The notes under the pieces were generated by a model. The model was not told the DNA's origin, made no database searches, and saw nothing but the letters and a program-made list of their open reading frames with translations. Shown here piece by piece: positions 8,521-17,574 of a DNA stretch of 32,000 bases (positions are counted from its first letter, which is position 1; every line of letters starts with the position of its first letter). The position numbers were made by a program, and so were the translations under genes. Origin of the DNA: Methanothermobacter marburgensis str. Marburg (GTDB taxonomy: Archaea; Methanobacteriota; Methanobacteria; Methanobacteriales; Methanothermobacteraceae); contig NC_014408.1 in the NCBI RefSeq assembly GCF_000145295.1, positions 1,170,001 through 1,202,000 of the forward strand, written 5' to 3'.

Positions 8521-8613
8521 AAACCTGAGGATCACCATGAAGCCCCTGACAAGAAGCAGGACTACTCAAACCTAAAGGATCATCCTGAAGCCCGTGACAA
8601 GGAGCAGGGCTAT
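8521..8613 (-). repeat. Degenerate 47/48-bp tandem duplication of the 3' end of the TauE gene
   Basis: 8527-8565 aligns codon for codon with 8575-8613, with 7 mismatches in 39 nt. The AAACCT flank is also duplicated. The copy would read VVLLLVRGFMVIL versus the real IALLLVTGFRMIL. Confidence 0.8.
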
Positions 8614-9351
8614 GAAAAGGTACCTTATGTACCTCACGTCAATCCTGTGGGCCGCCATAACACCAAGACGTGAGGCCGGGACGCTCATGAATGCAATGGC
8701 CATGAACTGGACCAGGTTAACGTATCCCACAGAAAACTGGCCCCCCGGTCCGCTGAGGAGATAGGAGACTGTGCCTGATGCTGCGGTCATCGCAATCACA
8801 ACCGAGGATGTCCCGACAGCCTCAAGAACATCAAAACCTCCAACCAGCACGAGGAGTGGTACGAGAACCACTCCACCACCTATGCCAAGGAGACCTGAGA
8901 GGAAACCTGCGATGAAGCCCAGTGAAATGGCGGCATTCCTCTTCCCATGGGAGGGCGAAATCCGGGACGACAGGAGGAGCTGCAGTGAAACAAGGATCAG
9001 GAGCAAACCGAATATCGCCCTTAGGACCCCTGCAGGTGATGATGTGGCAGTCAGAACCCCCAGGATGCTTCCGCATACACCGAGAGCCCCCATGGGTATG
9101 GCCCTGCCTGCATCAACACAGCCCCTCCTGTAATGTGAGTAAGCCCCTGTGAGGGCAGCTGGGAGAATAACTGCAAGGCTGGTTGCAAAGGCTGTCCTTA
9201 TTGCAATATCCTCTGGTGTGCCTGAGGACTCCATTAAAAAGAAGAGCACCGGCGCTATTATGAAGCCTCCACCAACACCCAGGAGGCCCGTTGCAAGTCC
9301 AGCCACTATGCCTGTAAGAAGAAGTGCCGCAATATAGAATACCGGATCCAT
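8572..9351 (-). CDS. TauE/SafE family (DUF81) anion exporter
   Basis: Two internal repeats carry the family signature LLGVGGGFIIAPVL / LLGIGGGVVLVPLL. About 8 TM segments. Confidence 0.9.
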   Translation of the reverse strand: MDPVFYIAALLLTGIVAGLATGLLGVGGGFIIAPVLFFLMESSGTPEDIAIRTAFATSLAVILPAALTGAYSHYRRGCVDAGRAIPMGALGVCGSILGVLTATSSPAGVLRAIFGLLLILVSLQLLLSSRISPSHGKRNAAISLGFIAGFLSGLLGIGGGVVLVPLLVLVGGFDVLEAVGTSSVVIAMTAASGTVSYLLSGPGGQFSVGYVNLVQFMAIAFMSVPASRLGVMAAHRIDVRYIRYLFIALLLVTGFRMIL

Positions 9352-9459
9352 CTTATAACCTGAGGTGTTCAGTCATCAATCATTACCACGATTAATTTAT
9401 AAGTGACAAGATCCATATCTCTCCCTGCTAATTAAATTAATTTCTTCTGGTGAATAACT

Positions 9460-10443
9460 TTGAGATCAGACAGATTCATGGCAGCCGGCATAATCTTCAT
9501 TGCACTGGCAATCACACTCTTCACCACAGACATCCTCGACCCCATAATAACACCATTCACACACGTATTCCTCATGGGCTCCTCAGAGGGCAAGGATGTG
9601 ATATTCTTCACCATAATGGGGACCATGTTCCTCCTTGCACCCCTCTTCAGGGAGGGTGGAGTTTTTGGCCCTCAAGGCCTCGATAAGAACACCTACCTCT
9701 ACATCTCGGCGATTGTAGCATTTGTAACATACCTAACGGGCCTTGCAGTTGAGGTGGCAATCCGCCTTGAAATGGGCGTATCACCATTCACGACCTTCAT
9801 ATCAATGAACCCAGCTGCCTCAACGAGTCTGACCCACTCCCATGTATTCAAAGCAAGCCTCAGCCCCATCACGGGGCTTGTGGTGCCTGTCTCATCAGGC
9901 ATCCATACAGGTTCATCACTGGCAGGTCACATCCCATTCCTTCTGCCGGTTACAATCATCTCAATCACACTGATATACATCCTTGGGCTTCTATCAACAG
10001 GTGACAGGAGGGATTTCCACGTGGCGATAGTCATATTCGCCACAGCATCCACAATAATAGGTGTAATAGACGGGGGACTCTTCTCAACCCCCGCACTTGT
10101 CGGGCTGTCCGGGATTATAGGTATGAGCGCCCTCAGGGTCCCCTTCAGCCCAGGCAACCTTAAAATCCCGGCCCTCATAATAGCCTCACTGGTGGTTCTG
10201 AGGGTGCTCCTTGGAATCATGGGGTCAGTGCCCGGGTACTATGAGGTCACCATCATTGAGCCATCCGGCACCCCCAGCCTTGAGGGGCTCCATGTTATCT
10301 CAGAGGAGAGAAAGGGTGATAAGCTGATACTGAAACTTTCACCGGAACAGAACGAGATGGTGCTCCTTGACAGGTTAACCCGCCGCCTTGATGGCAGATG
10401 CAGCGGGTTCTTCATGACATGGAACTTCTTTTCATTCTTCTGA
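9460..10443 (+). CDS. Polytopic membrane protein of unknown function, with a small C-terminal soluble domain
   Basis: Long hydrophobic ORF. The start is uncertain (TTG 9460 or ATG 9478). It ends 13 nt before the glycosyltransferase gene, whose start is preceded by GAAGGAGGA, so the two are probably co-transcribed. Confidence 0.6.
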   Translation: MRSDRFMAAGIIFIALAITLFTTDILDPIITPFTHVFLMGSSEGKDVIFFTIMGTMFLLAPLFREGGVFGPQGLDKNTYLYISAIVAFVTYLTGLAVEVAIRLEMGVSPFTTFISMNPAASTSLTHSHVFKASLSPITGLVVPVSSGIHTGSSLAGHIPFLLPVTIISITLIYILGLLSTGDRRDFHVAIVIFATASTIIGVIDGGLFSTPALVGLSGIIGMSALRVPFSPGNLKIPALIIASLVVLRVLLGIMGSVPGYYEVTIIEPSGTPSLEGLHVISEERKGDKLILKLSPEQNEMVLLDRLTRRLDGRCSGFFMTWNFFSFF

Positions 10444-10456
10444 AGGAGGATAATGG

Positions 10457-12214
10457 ATGAAACTCAGCATAATCATACCGACCTACAATGAGGAGGAATA
10501 TCTACCGGCGCTGCTTGAGAGCATAAGGGAACAGGACTTTACAGACTACGAGGTTATAGTGGCAGATGCAGACTCTGAGGATAATACCAGAAAAATTGCA
10601 GAGGAGTACGGCTGCAGGGTGGTTGAGGGTGGCATGCCCGCAGCCGGTAGAAACCGGGGGGCCGAGGTCGCCAGGGGAGAACTCCTCCTCTTTCTGGACG
10701 CCGACCTTGTCCTCACCGACGGGTACCTCAGGGATGCCGTGGAGGAATTCGAATCAGAGGACCTGGGAATCGCCATAACCCAGATGATACCCCTCTCCAC
10801 CAGAAGGCGTGACAAGATACTCCACGAATTTGCAAACAGATTCATGATACTCGTTGAATCCATTAAACCCCACGGGGCAGGCTGCTATGGAATACTCACC
10901 CGTAAGGAACTTCATGAAAGGGTTGGTGGTTTCGATGAATCCCTTGACTTCGGGGAGGATACCGACTACATTGAGCGCATAGGTAAGATAGGCAGGTTCC
11001 GGGTTCTGAGGAAACCCCGACTTCTGGTATCCATAAGGAGGCTTGAAAAGGAGGGCCTCAGGAACCTGGCATTCAAGTACACAAAGAGCACGGTATATGA
11101 CTTCATGGGAAAGAAGGTGAGTGCAGGTGACCTCAAATATGAATTCGGATACAGCAAGGAAAAAAGAAGGGTGCTCTACTCTGTCTGTGGTGAGGGAATG
11201 GGACACGCCATAAGGAGTGGGGTGATCCTGGACAGGCTAACAGAGGACCATGAGGTCCTCATATTTGCAAGTGACCGCGCCTACAAGTACCTGAGCAGTA
11301 AATTCGATAATGTCCATGAGATATACGGCTTCAACACGGTCTATGAGGATAACAGCGTAAATGACATCAAAACATTCGTGAAGGCCATGAAAACATTCCC
11401 CAGGGACCTCAAGGAGAACCTCAAACTCCTCTACAGGATAGCAAAGGATTTCAGGCCGGATGTTGTGGTGTCTGACTTTGAGTTCTATGCCAGTGTCATA
11501 AGCAACATGCTCAGGATACCCCTAATAAGCATAGACAACATGCACGTCATAACCCAGTGCCGGATAGAGTACCCTGAGAAATTCAGGCGGGACAAGATCA
11601 AGGCTGAGGCCGTTGTGAGGTCATTCATTGTGAGGCCCAGGCGATATCTCATAACCAGTTACTTCTTCCCTGAGGTTAAAAACCCCAAAAAGGTATCCAT
11701 GTATCCTCCTGTCCTGAGAGAAGAGATAATGAATCTCGATCCTTACTATGGGGACCATGTGCTGGTCTACCAGACCAGCAGGTCAAACAGGAGGCTCACT
11801 GATATCCTGAAGAGCCTGGACAGGGAATTCATCGTATACGGCTTCGACAGGGATGAAGTGGATGGGAACCTCACCTTCAGGAGATTCAATGAGGACCAGT
11901 TCTTCAGTGACTTTGAGTCTGCGGCTGCGGTTATAACAAACGGCGGCTTCACCCTGATAAGTGAGGCCCTCTACCTGCGAAAGCCAGTGTACAGTGTTCC
12001 TGTTAAGGGACAGTTCGAGCAGATACTCAATGCGGTGTACCTTGAGAAGCTGGGCTACGGTGAATTCCATGAGGAGACAGAAAGGGAGACCCTTGAGAGG
12101 TTCCTTGGGCGACTTGACGTCTACAGACGGAACCTTGAGGAATATGATGGGGGTAACAACGAGATAATAGATGCCCTTAAGAGGGCAATAGATGAATGTT
12201 CAGGGGGATGTTAA
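10457..12214 (+). CDS. Bifunctional-looking glycosyltransferase: N-terminal GT2 (GT-A) domain fused to a C-terminal MJ1255/MurG-like GT-B domain
   Basis: The N-terminus has KLSIIIPTYNEE and LFLDAD (GT2 DxD). The C-terminal half starts at YSVCGEGMGHAIRS and ends with the GT-B nucleotide-sugar motif (ITNGGFTLISEAL...P....QFEQ.LNA). Confidence 0.85.
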   Translation: MKLSIIIPTYNEEEYLPALLESIREQDFTDYEVIVADADSEDNTRKIAEEYGCRVVEGGMPAAGRNRGAEVARGELLLFLDADLVLTDGYLRDAVEEFESEDLGIAITQMIPLSTRRRDKILHEFANRFMILVESIKPHGAGCYGILTRKELHERVGGFDESLDFGEDTDYIERIGKIGRFRVLRKPRLLVSIRRLEKEGLRNLAFKYTKSTVYDFMGKKVSAGDLKYEFGYSKEKRRVLYSVCGEGMGHAIRSGVILDRLTEDHEVLIFASDRAYKYLSSKFDNVHEIYGFNTVYEDNSVNDIKTFVKAMKTFPRDLKENLKLLYRIAKDFRPDVVVSDFEFYASVISNMLRIPLISIDNMHVITQCRIEYPEKFRRDKIKAEAVVRSFIVRPRRYLITSYFFPEVKNPKKVSMYPPVLREEIMNLDPYYGDHVLVYQTSRSNRRLTDILKSLDREFIVYGFDRDEVDGNLTFRRFNEDQFFSDFESAAAVITNGGFTLISEALYLRKPVYSVPVKGQFEQILNAVYLEKLGYGEFHEETERETLERFLGRLDVYRRNLEEYDGGNNEIIDALKRAIDECSGGC

Positions 12215-12246
12215 ACTGCAGAACCGTTCCTGAAGTTATTCAGCCG

Positions 12247-12260
12247 TTTTTCTTATTTTT
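12247..12260 (+). terminator. Two T5 tracts downstream of the glycosyltransferase gene
   Basis: CCGTTTTTCTTATTTTTAAG lies about 35 nt after the stop codon. Confidence 0.4.
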
Positions 12261-12433
12261 AAGTTCTGAAGGGCCGATAAATTTAAAAAAATGGAATATT
12301 GTATTGTCTATCTGAAAAATCCATGATTTCAGAACCGGTATACAGAATATAAAAAATTTATTCTGAATTTCCCAAAAAACCAGAGCAAAGAAAGATTCTG
12401 ATAGAAACTCATTAAAAATTGTTTCTGGTGTAA

Positions 12434-13366
12434 CTAGAGTGTCACACCAAGATCAAGCTGCTCTGTGAGCTCCTTGTATCTGTTCCTTATTGTCACCTCG
12501 GTTACACCTGCAACCTCTGCAACGTCCCTCTGGGTCTTGCACTCCCCTAGGAGGACTGAGGCTATGTAGAGGGCTGCTGCTGCAACACCGGTGGGACCCC
12601 TGCCTGATGTGAGGCCGTTCTCCATTGCCATCTCTATGATCTCAATGGCCTTGGACTGGACCTCCCCTGAGAGGCCAAGTTCACTTGCGAACCTTGGCAC
12701 GTAGTCAACAGGGGATGTTGGCGGCAGCTTTATGTTGAGTTCCCTTGTCAGGAACCTGTAGGTTCTTCCAACCTCCTTCTTGCTGACCCTTGAAACCTCT
12801 GCGATCTCATCAAGTGTTCTAGGGACATTGCAGCTTCTGCATGCCGCGTATAGTGACGCTGCAACCACCCCTTCAATGCTTCTTCCCCTGATGAGTTTGT
12901 TCTCAACGGCTCTCCTGTAGACCATTGATGCGGCTTCCCTGACGCTTCTCGGTAACCCAAGTCTTGAGGAGTCGCGGTCGAGTTCGCTCAGGGCAAATGC
13001 GAGGTTCCTCTCTGTGGCCCCTGAGATCCTTATCTTCCTCTGCCATTTCCTGAGGCGGTACCACTGGGCCCTGTTCCTTGCGGGGATGTCCCTTCCATAT
13101 ATGTCCTTGTTTCTCCAGTCTATCATGGTTGATAGACCCTTGTCGTGTATGGTGTAGGTTATGGGTGCCCCCACCCTTGTCCTCTTGTCACGCTGTTCAT
13201 GGTCAAAGGCCCTCCATTCTGGACCCATGTCAACCAGGTTATCGTCTATGACAAGACCGCACTTTCCACATACTATTTCAGCCCTTTCGTAGTCGCCCCT
13301 GAGATCCTCGGAGCCGCACTCAGGGCATTTTGTTTCCTTCTCTATTTCAGAAACATCAGACCTCAT
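12434..13366 (-). CDS. tfb: Transcription initiation factor IIB (TFB)
   Basis: N-terminal Zn ribbon CPECGS...CGKCG, a B-finger/linker and two cyclin-like repeats. ATG 13366 forms an ATGA overlap with the gar1 stop, so it is preferred over the ORF-track start at 13393. Confidence 0.97.
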   Translation of the reverse strand: MRSDVSEIEKETKCPECGSEDLRGDYERAEIVCGKCGLVIDDNLVDMGPEWRAFDHEQRDKRTRVGAPITYTIHDKGLSTMIDWRNKDIYGRDIPARNRAQWYRLRKWQRKIRISGATERNLAFALSELDRDSSRLGLPRSVREAASMVYRRAVENKLIRGRSIEGVVAASLYAACRSCNVPRTLDEIAEVSRVSKKEVGRTYRFLTRELNIKLPPTSPVDYVPRFASELGLSGEVQSKAIEIIEMAMENGLTSGRGPTGVAAAALYIASVLLGECKTQRDVAEVAGVTEVTIRNRYKELTEQLDLGVTL

Positions 13367-13641
13367 TTTCTCCTTCGTTTCCTTCGCCCCCATTTTTTCA
13401 CATTCTTTATACCCACGTATAAAGTCTCTCCAGCTCGGTTCTCAAACTTTTCAGGTTTTATTGCACGAACTGGTTTTACTGATATGTATGGATTTCGTGT
13501 TGGACCGAAGATGTCGTGCACTTTCCCTATCATTCTCCCTTCAGAAGTAAAAACAGGTGCTCCAAGCTGCGGTGTTCTGGTGGAACGTACTATGATTCTT
13601 CCCTTGCTGGAGACATGTGAAATATTCCCTAAATTCTTCAT
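13363..13641 (-). CDS. gar1: H/ACA ribonucleoprotein complex subunit Gar1
   Basis: [17 protein letters not shown]...GAPVF......[18 protein letters not shown] is the archaeal Gar1 core. Basic C-terminal tail. The gar1-tfb adjacency is common in archaea. Confidence 0.9.
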   Translation of the reverse strand: MKNLGNISHVSSKGRIIVRSTRTPQLGAPVFTSEGRMIGKVHDIFGPTRNPYISVKPVRAIKPEKFENRAGETLYVGIKNVKKWGRRKRRRK

Positions 13642-13754
13642 AATTCACCGAAAATTTTATATAGTGTACTCTTTACTTACTACTATATAAATGTTTCGAT
13701 AATTTTATATTAAAATAGCGTTTGATGTACAGGGATGTGCATGGTTTTCCTGAG

Positions 13755-14810
13755 TTAATCCCCAGGGGCCATTATGTATCTCCCGTAGTACAGCGCCGCG
13801 AGAAAACCTATAATGGTGGGTGCAAAGTAACTTGCGATTCTATCAACCACACTGGCAGCCATGACATAATCAGCCCCTATCCCTGCAACAGCAAATAGAC
13901 CCACAAGTATACCCTCCCTTAGTCCAAGGGATCCGGGTAGAAGCGGTAAAAGTGATATCAGGATCCCCACTGTGTAGATTATTATAAGGGGCACTGCAGG
14001 TGGTGAAACCCCAACCGCCAGGAAGCAAACATAGAGTCGGCAAACGTCAAGGGCCCACATTCCAAGCGAAACAAAAAAACCGGCTATAAAGACCCTCTTA
14101 TCAGTTATCGCCGTTGAAAAGCCCTCACTGAACCTGTTTATATAGAATATGACCCTCTCATGTATTCTGGAGAAACTGATATCACCCTTCCTGAACCTTG
14201 AAACCCACTCCACAGCTCTTCTCACAACAGAAAGCGCAAGCCTCTGGGCAATATCACGGTTCATTCCTGCATAGATTGCAGCTGAGAAAAATGCGATTGT
14301 GAAAAAGATGAGAATACTCACAATAACCCTCGTCCAGATGGATATGCTCCAGGTCATGATGAGGACCGCTGAGAGAATTGATATAACCGCAAAGGGTATG
14401 AACTCAAAGACCCTGTCTGCCGTTGAAGACGCGAAGCCTATCTCAAATGGGGTCCCCTCAACCTCCCGCAGGAGGTATGCCCTCAGTGGCTCGCCACCTG
14501 CGGCCCCCGGGGTTATGTTGTTACCGAAGATGCTTGCAAAAAGAAGCATCATGAGCCTGGGAAACGAGGGAGCATCATCAACCAGGTTCAGTATAAGCCG
14601 CCATCTCACCGTCCACAGCACAAGTATAAGTGCCTCCAGAAGAAAGTTCAGTGCAAGAAAATAGGGGCTGGTCCTCTCAAGGGCCCTCAGAATATCCCCA
14701 AAGCCTGCAAATAATCCTATGATGAATATGAGAACAGCAACAGCAATGAAGGAGAGAATTATGGTACGCTTATTCTCCCCGATGTAAGCAAAAACGTCCC
14801 TCTCTCCCAT
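13755..14810 (-). CDS. UPF0104 / lysylphosphatidylglycerol-synthase-TM-region-like (flippase-like) membrane protein
   Basis: Polytopic protein with the family motif GNNITPGAAGGEPLRAYLL and a C-terminal PGSLGLREG. Confidence 0.85.
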   Translation of the reverse strand: MGERDVFAYIGENKRTIILSFIAVAVLIFIIGLFAGFGDILRALERTSPYFLALNFLLEALILVLWTVRWRLILNLVDDAPSFPRLMMLLFASIFGNNITPGAAGGEPLRAYLLREVEGTPFEIGFASSTADRVFEFIPFAVISILSAVLIMTWSISIWTRVIVSILIFFTIAFFSAAIYAGMNRDIAQRLALSVVRRAVEWVSRFRKGDISFSRIHERVIFYINRFSEGFSTAITDKRVFIAGFFVSLGMWALDVCRLYVCFLAVGVSPPAVPLIIIYTVGILISLLPLLPGSLGLREGILVGLFAVAGIGADYVMAASVVDRIASYFAPTIIGFLAALYYGRYIMAPGD

Positions 14811-14819
14811 GGAAACCCA

Positions 14820-15479
14820 CTACTTCAATCCAAGAATCTCAGAAAGGGTGAAACCCTCAGCAAGTTTCTCCTTGATGGATGATTCCTTCTTTCGGATCTC
14901 CATTGCCGCACGAACAACTTCAGGTACAATTTCAGCGGGAACAACGACCACTCCAGATTCATCTCCAAATATGAGGTCTCCACTCTCAACTCTGACACCG
15001 TCGCACTCGAGTGTCACGTTTAGCCCCCCCTCTGCGAGGGGTTCCCCGGCGCATGGGACATAATCCCTGGAGAATACCGGGAAGTCAAGTTCAAGGAGGG
15101 CATCCCTATCCCTGCAGGATCCATAGACCACAGCACCTGCTATGCCCTTAGCCATGGCTGTTTTTGATGTGAGCTCCCCCCAGACAGCCATATCATCGCC
15201 ATCAGTCCCTATGAAAACAACATCACCTTTACCTGCAGCGTCTATGGCCATTACCGAGGTCCCCCAGTCACCGCTTGATGTGCTTGCGGTCACAGCCCAT
15301 CCGCAGAGCCGGAGGTTGTTAACGGGCTTTATGGAGGGTATAACCCCATTTATACCAGCCACCGCCTTGAGTGCATCTGAAACCTGGGGGGCCGATATGT
15401 CAGAAAGAAGCCTCAGGGGATCCCCTGGGCTGCGGAAACTTCTCAGGCGTTCAATGGGTTTTATGCCCTTTATGGCCAT
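14820..15479 (-). CDS. RraA-family protein (RraA / 4-hydroxy-4-methyl-2-oxoglutarate aldolase-like)
   Basis: Motifs GELTSKTAMAKGIAGAVVYGSCRD, FPVFSR and GDLIFGDESGVVVVP. Confidence 0.9.
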   Translation of the reverse strand: MAIKGIKPIERLRSFRSPGDPLRLLSDISAPQVSDALKAVAGINGVIPSIKPVNNLRLCGWAVTASTSSGDWGTSVMAIDAAGKGDVVFIGTDGDDMAVWGELTSKTAMAKGIAGAVVYGSCRDRDALLELDFPVFSRDYVPCAGEPLAEGGLNVTLECDGVRVESGDLIFGDESGVVVVPAEIVPEVVRAAMEIRKKESSIKEKLAEGFTLSEILGLK

Positions 15480-15483
15480 ATAA

Positions 15484-15777
15484 TCAATCCTGGGGAGTTG
15501 TAACTTCTTCTACCATGGTTTTTCCAGCTACAACTTCGTCAACGCTGTGAATGGAGCCCCCATAACTCTCAATGGCCCTTGTTATCTCATCAAAATCCAG
15601 GTCGTTTCCCTGAATCGTGACCTTGATGTTCTCTGTCTCCTTATCGATTTCCATGAGGGTTATGTTAACACCCTCAACGCCCCTGAGTTCACTCAGGTAC
15701 TTGGCATATTCAGGTATTATGGGTTCGTGTGGTTTTAGTATATCCAGAACAATTCTTATAAGGCCCTTAGCCACCAT
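15484..15777 (-). CDS. DUF211 (COG1888) small archaeal protein
   Basis: MVAKGLIRIVLDILKPHEP...GVEGVNITLMEID matches the DUF211 pattern. GGAGGA lies directly upstream of ATG 15777. The 45-aa upstream extension in the ORF track is AT-rich promoter DNA. Confidence 0.8.
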   Translation of the reverse strand: MVAKGLIRIVLDILKPHEPIIPEYAKYLSELRGVEGVNITLMEIDKETENIKVTIQGNDLDFDEITRAIESYGGSIHSVDEVVAGKTMVEEVTTPQD

Positions 15778-15931
15778 CTTTCCTCCATGATTCTTTAAAA
15801 TGATATGGGTATTATGATAGAAAGGATATTTAAATATAGTCCCATTCCAGAGCAGGACATCTGTGATTATTTTATATATCAGTATCTCCATATAAAATAT
15901 AGATATTATCAAGCTACTGAAAGGGCTTAAT

Positions 15932-16348
15932 ATGTCTCTTATAAAGCTTCAGCAAATAACCCATGAAATAAATGAACTTAAATATCAAGGAGAACTTGGA
16001 GTACCCATTCTCATCGAGGGCCGGAAGGACGAGGAGGCCCTGCGGGAACTGGGTGTCGAGGGACCCTTCATAAAGGTTTCAGGTTCCATGATGGGACTTT
16101 CTGAAATCGCCCTCCGGGCAGCAAGTGCCTCGAGGGTTATCATACTTACAGATTTTGACAGGAAGGGCAGTGAACTTGCAAAAAGATTGTACACTGATAT
16201 ACAGAGCCTTGGAGCGAATCCAGACCTCAGAATACGGCGAAGACTCATGGGAATGACCAGAAAATACATCAAGGACATACAGAGCCTTCCATCATACATA
16301 GAAAGGCTGAAGCTGGAGGTATGCCCGTACCCCCTTGATAATATCTGA
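15932..16348 (+). CDS. Small Toprim-domain protein (UPF0292 / RNase M5-like)
   Basis: [18 protein letters not shown] and [17 protein letters not shown] are the Toprim E and DxD motifs. Confidence 0.85.
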   Translation: MSLIKLQQITHEINELKYQGELGVPILIEGRKDEEALRELGVEGPFIKVSGSMMGLSEIALRAASASRVIILTDFDRKGSELAKRLYTDIQSLGANPDLRIRRRLMGMTRKYIKDIQSLPSYIERLKLEVCPYPLDNI

Positions 16349-16409
16349 AAACTGTTATCATCATATTTTTCAATTTGATAACCAGTTCATTCCTCAAAGG
16401 AGGGTTTAC

Positions 16410-17555
16410 ATGGGAAAAGAAGAAATAAGTACAACCAAATACCTCATTCATGCTCAAATTAATGCTAACGGAATCGTTGAGAAACATGATGTTGTTGGGG
16501 CAATATTTGGACAGACTGAAGGTCTTCTCAGCAATGACCTGGATCTCAGGGAACTCCAGAAAACAGGTAGAATCGGGAGGATCAAGGTCAACATTACATC
16601 AAGGGGTGGTAAATCAAAGGGGGAGATAATCATCCCATCAAGCCTTGACCGCGTTGAAACCGCCATCCTTGCAGCTTCCCTTGAAACAATAAACCGTGTC
16701 GGACCATGTGAAGCCTACATTCAGGTCACAAAGGTTGAGGACGTCCGTGCGGTTAAACGTAAAAGGGTCGTTGAGAGGGCCAAGGAGATATACGCCAGTA
16801 TGATGGAGGAGGTTACCCCTGAAAGCCTTAGAATGATCGAAGAGGTCAAGGAGGCCATGAGGGTCCATGAAATCACAGAGTACGGTGAGGAAAAGCTTCC
16901 AGCAGGGCCCAATGTTGAGACCTCAGACGCCATACTTGTGGTGGAGGGAAGATCCGACGTCCTCAACCTCCTTAAGTACGGTATAAAGAATGCCATTGCA
17001 GTTGAGGGGGTCAGTGTACCCCGAACCGTTGCCGAGCTCACAAAGAAAAAAACTGTAACGGCCTTTGTAGATGGTGACCGGGGCGGTGAACTCATCCTCA
17101 AGGAGCTCCTACAAGTGGGGGACATAGACTACGTCACAAGGGCACCCAAGGGCAAGGAGGTGGAGGACCTTGAGAAGGATGAGATCATGATGGCCCTCCG
17201 AAACAAGGTGCCGGTTGAGCAGTTCTACCATGACCTTGGGATGCAGAAGGAGAAGAAGAAATCAGAGGACAAGATGGTGCTCCTTCGGAACATCCTGAAG
17301 GAACTTGAGGGGACAGGAAATGCTGAGATACTGGATGACGCCCTCAACATACTGAAGGAGGTCAAGGTTGAGAACCTCTACGATGAACTCAGCCGCGTCA
17401 ACAACCACCCCTACGCGGTGGTCTTTGATGGCGTGATAACACAGCGCCTTGTTGACCTCTCATTTGAGAAGGGCCTCAGATACCTTGTGGCTGTGAGGAG
17501 TGGGGACATTGTCAAGAAACCCCACAACCTCAAACTCATAACAGGCCACACCTGA
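16410..17555 (+). CDS. dnaG: Archaeal DnaG (Toprim primase-like, exosome-associated)
   Basis: [31 protein letters not shown] is the archaeal DnaG N-terminal signature. Toprim motifs VVEGRSD and FVDGDRGG are present. AAAGGAGGG lies upstream of ATG 16410. Confidence 0.93.
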   Translation: MGKEEISTTKYLIHAQINANGIVEKHDVVGAIFGQTEGLLSNDLDLRELQKTGRIGRIKVNITSRGGKSKGEIIIPSSLDRVETAILAASLETINRVGPCEAYIQVTKVEDVRAVKRKRVVERAKEIYASMMEEVTPESLRMIEEVKEAMRVHEITEYGEEKLPAGPNVETSDAILVVEGRSDVLNLLKYGIKNAIAVEGVSVPRTVAELTKKKTVTAFVDGDRGGELILKELLQVGDIDYVTRAPKGKEVEDLEKDEIMMALRNKVPVEQFYHDLGMQKEKKKSEDKMVLLRNILKELEGTGNAEILDDALNILKEVKVENLYDELSRVNNHPYAVVFDGVITQRLVDLSFEKGLRYLVAVRSGDIVKKPHNLKLITGHT

Positions 17556-17574
17556 ACCCATAGAAGGCATCAAA

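Noticed and set aside
12326-12370. AT-rich hairpins (CAGAATA/TATTCTG and TTCAGAA/TTCTGAA) in the convergent spacer between the glycosyltransferase gene and tfb, as a possible sRNA
   Set aside because: The stems are short and AT-only, so they are unlikely to be stable in a thermophile. They are more simply read as part of the bidirectional terminator region with its T- and A-runs.
13145-13690. 181-aa plus-strand ORF across tfb/gar1
   Set aside because: It is antisense to two strongly supported genes (TFB Zn ribbon and Gar1 core), with no motif and no SD.
16335-16409. N-terminal extensions offered by the ORF track for dnaG (16335), the DUF211 gene (up to 15912) and bioY (28091)
   Set aside because: The extensions run through AT-rich promoter-like DNA and lack family conservation. 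Each internal ATG is preceded by a strong GGAGG-type SD.
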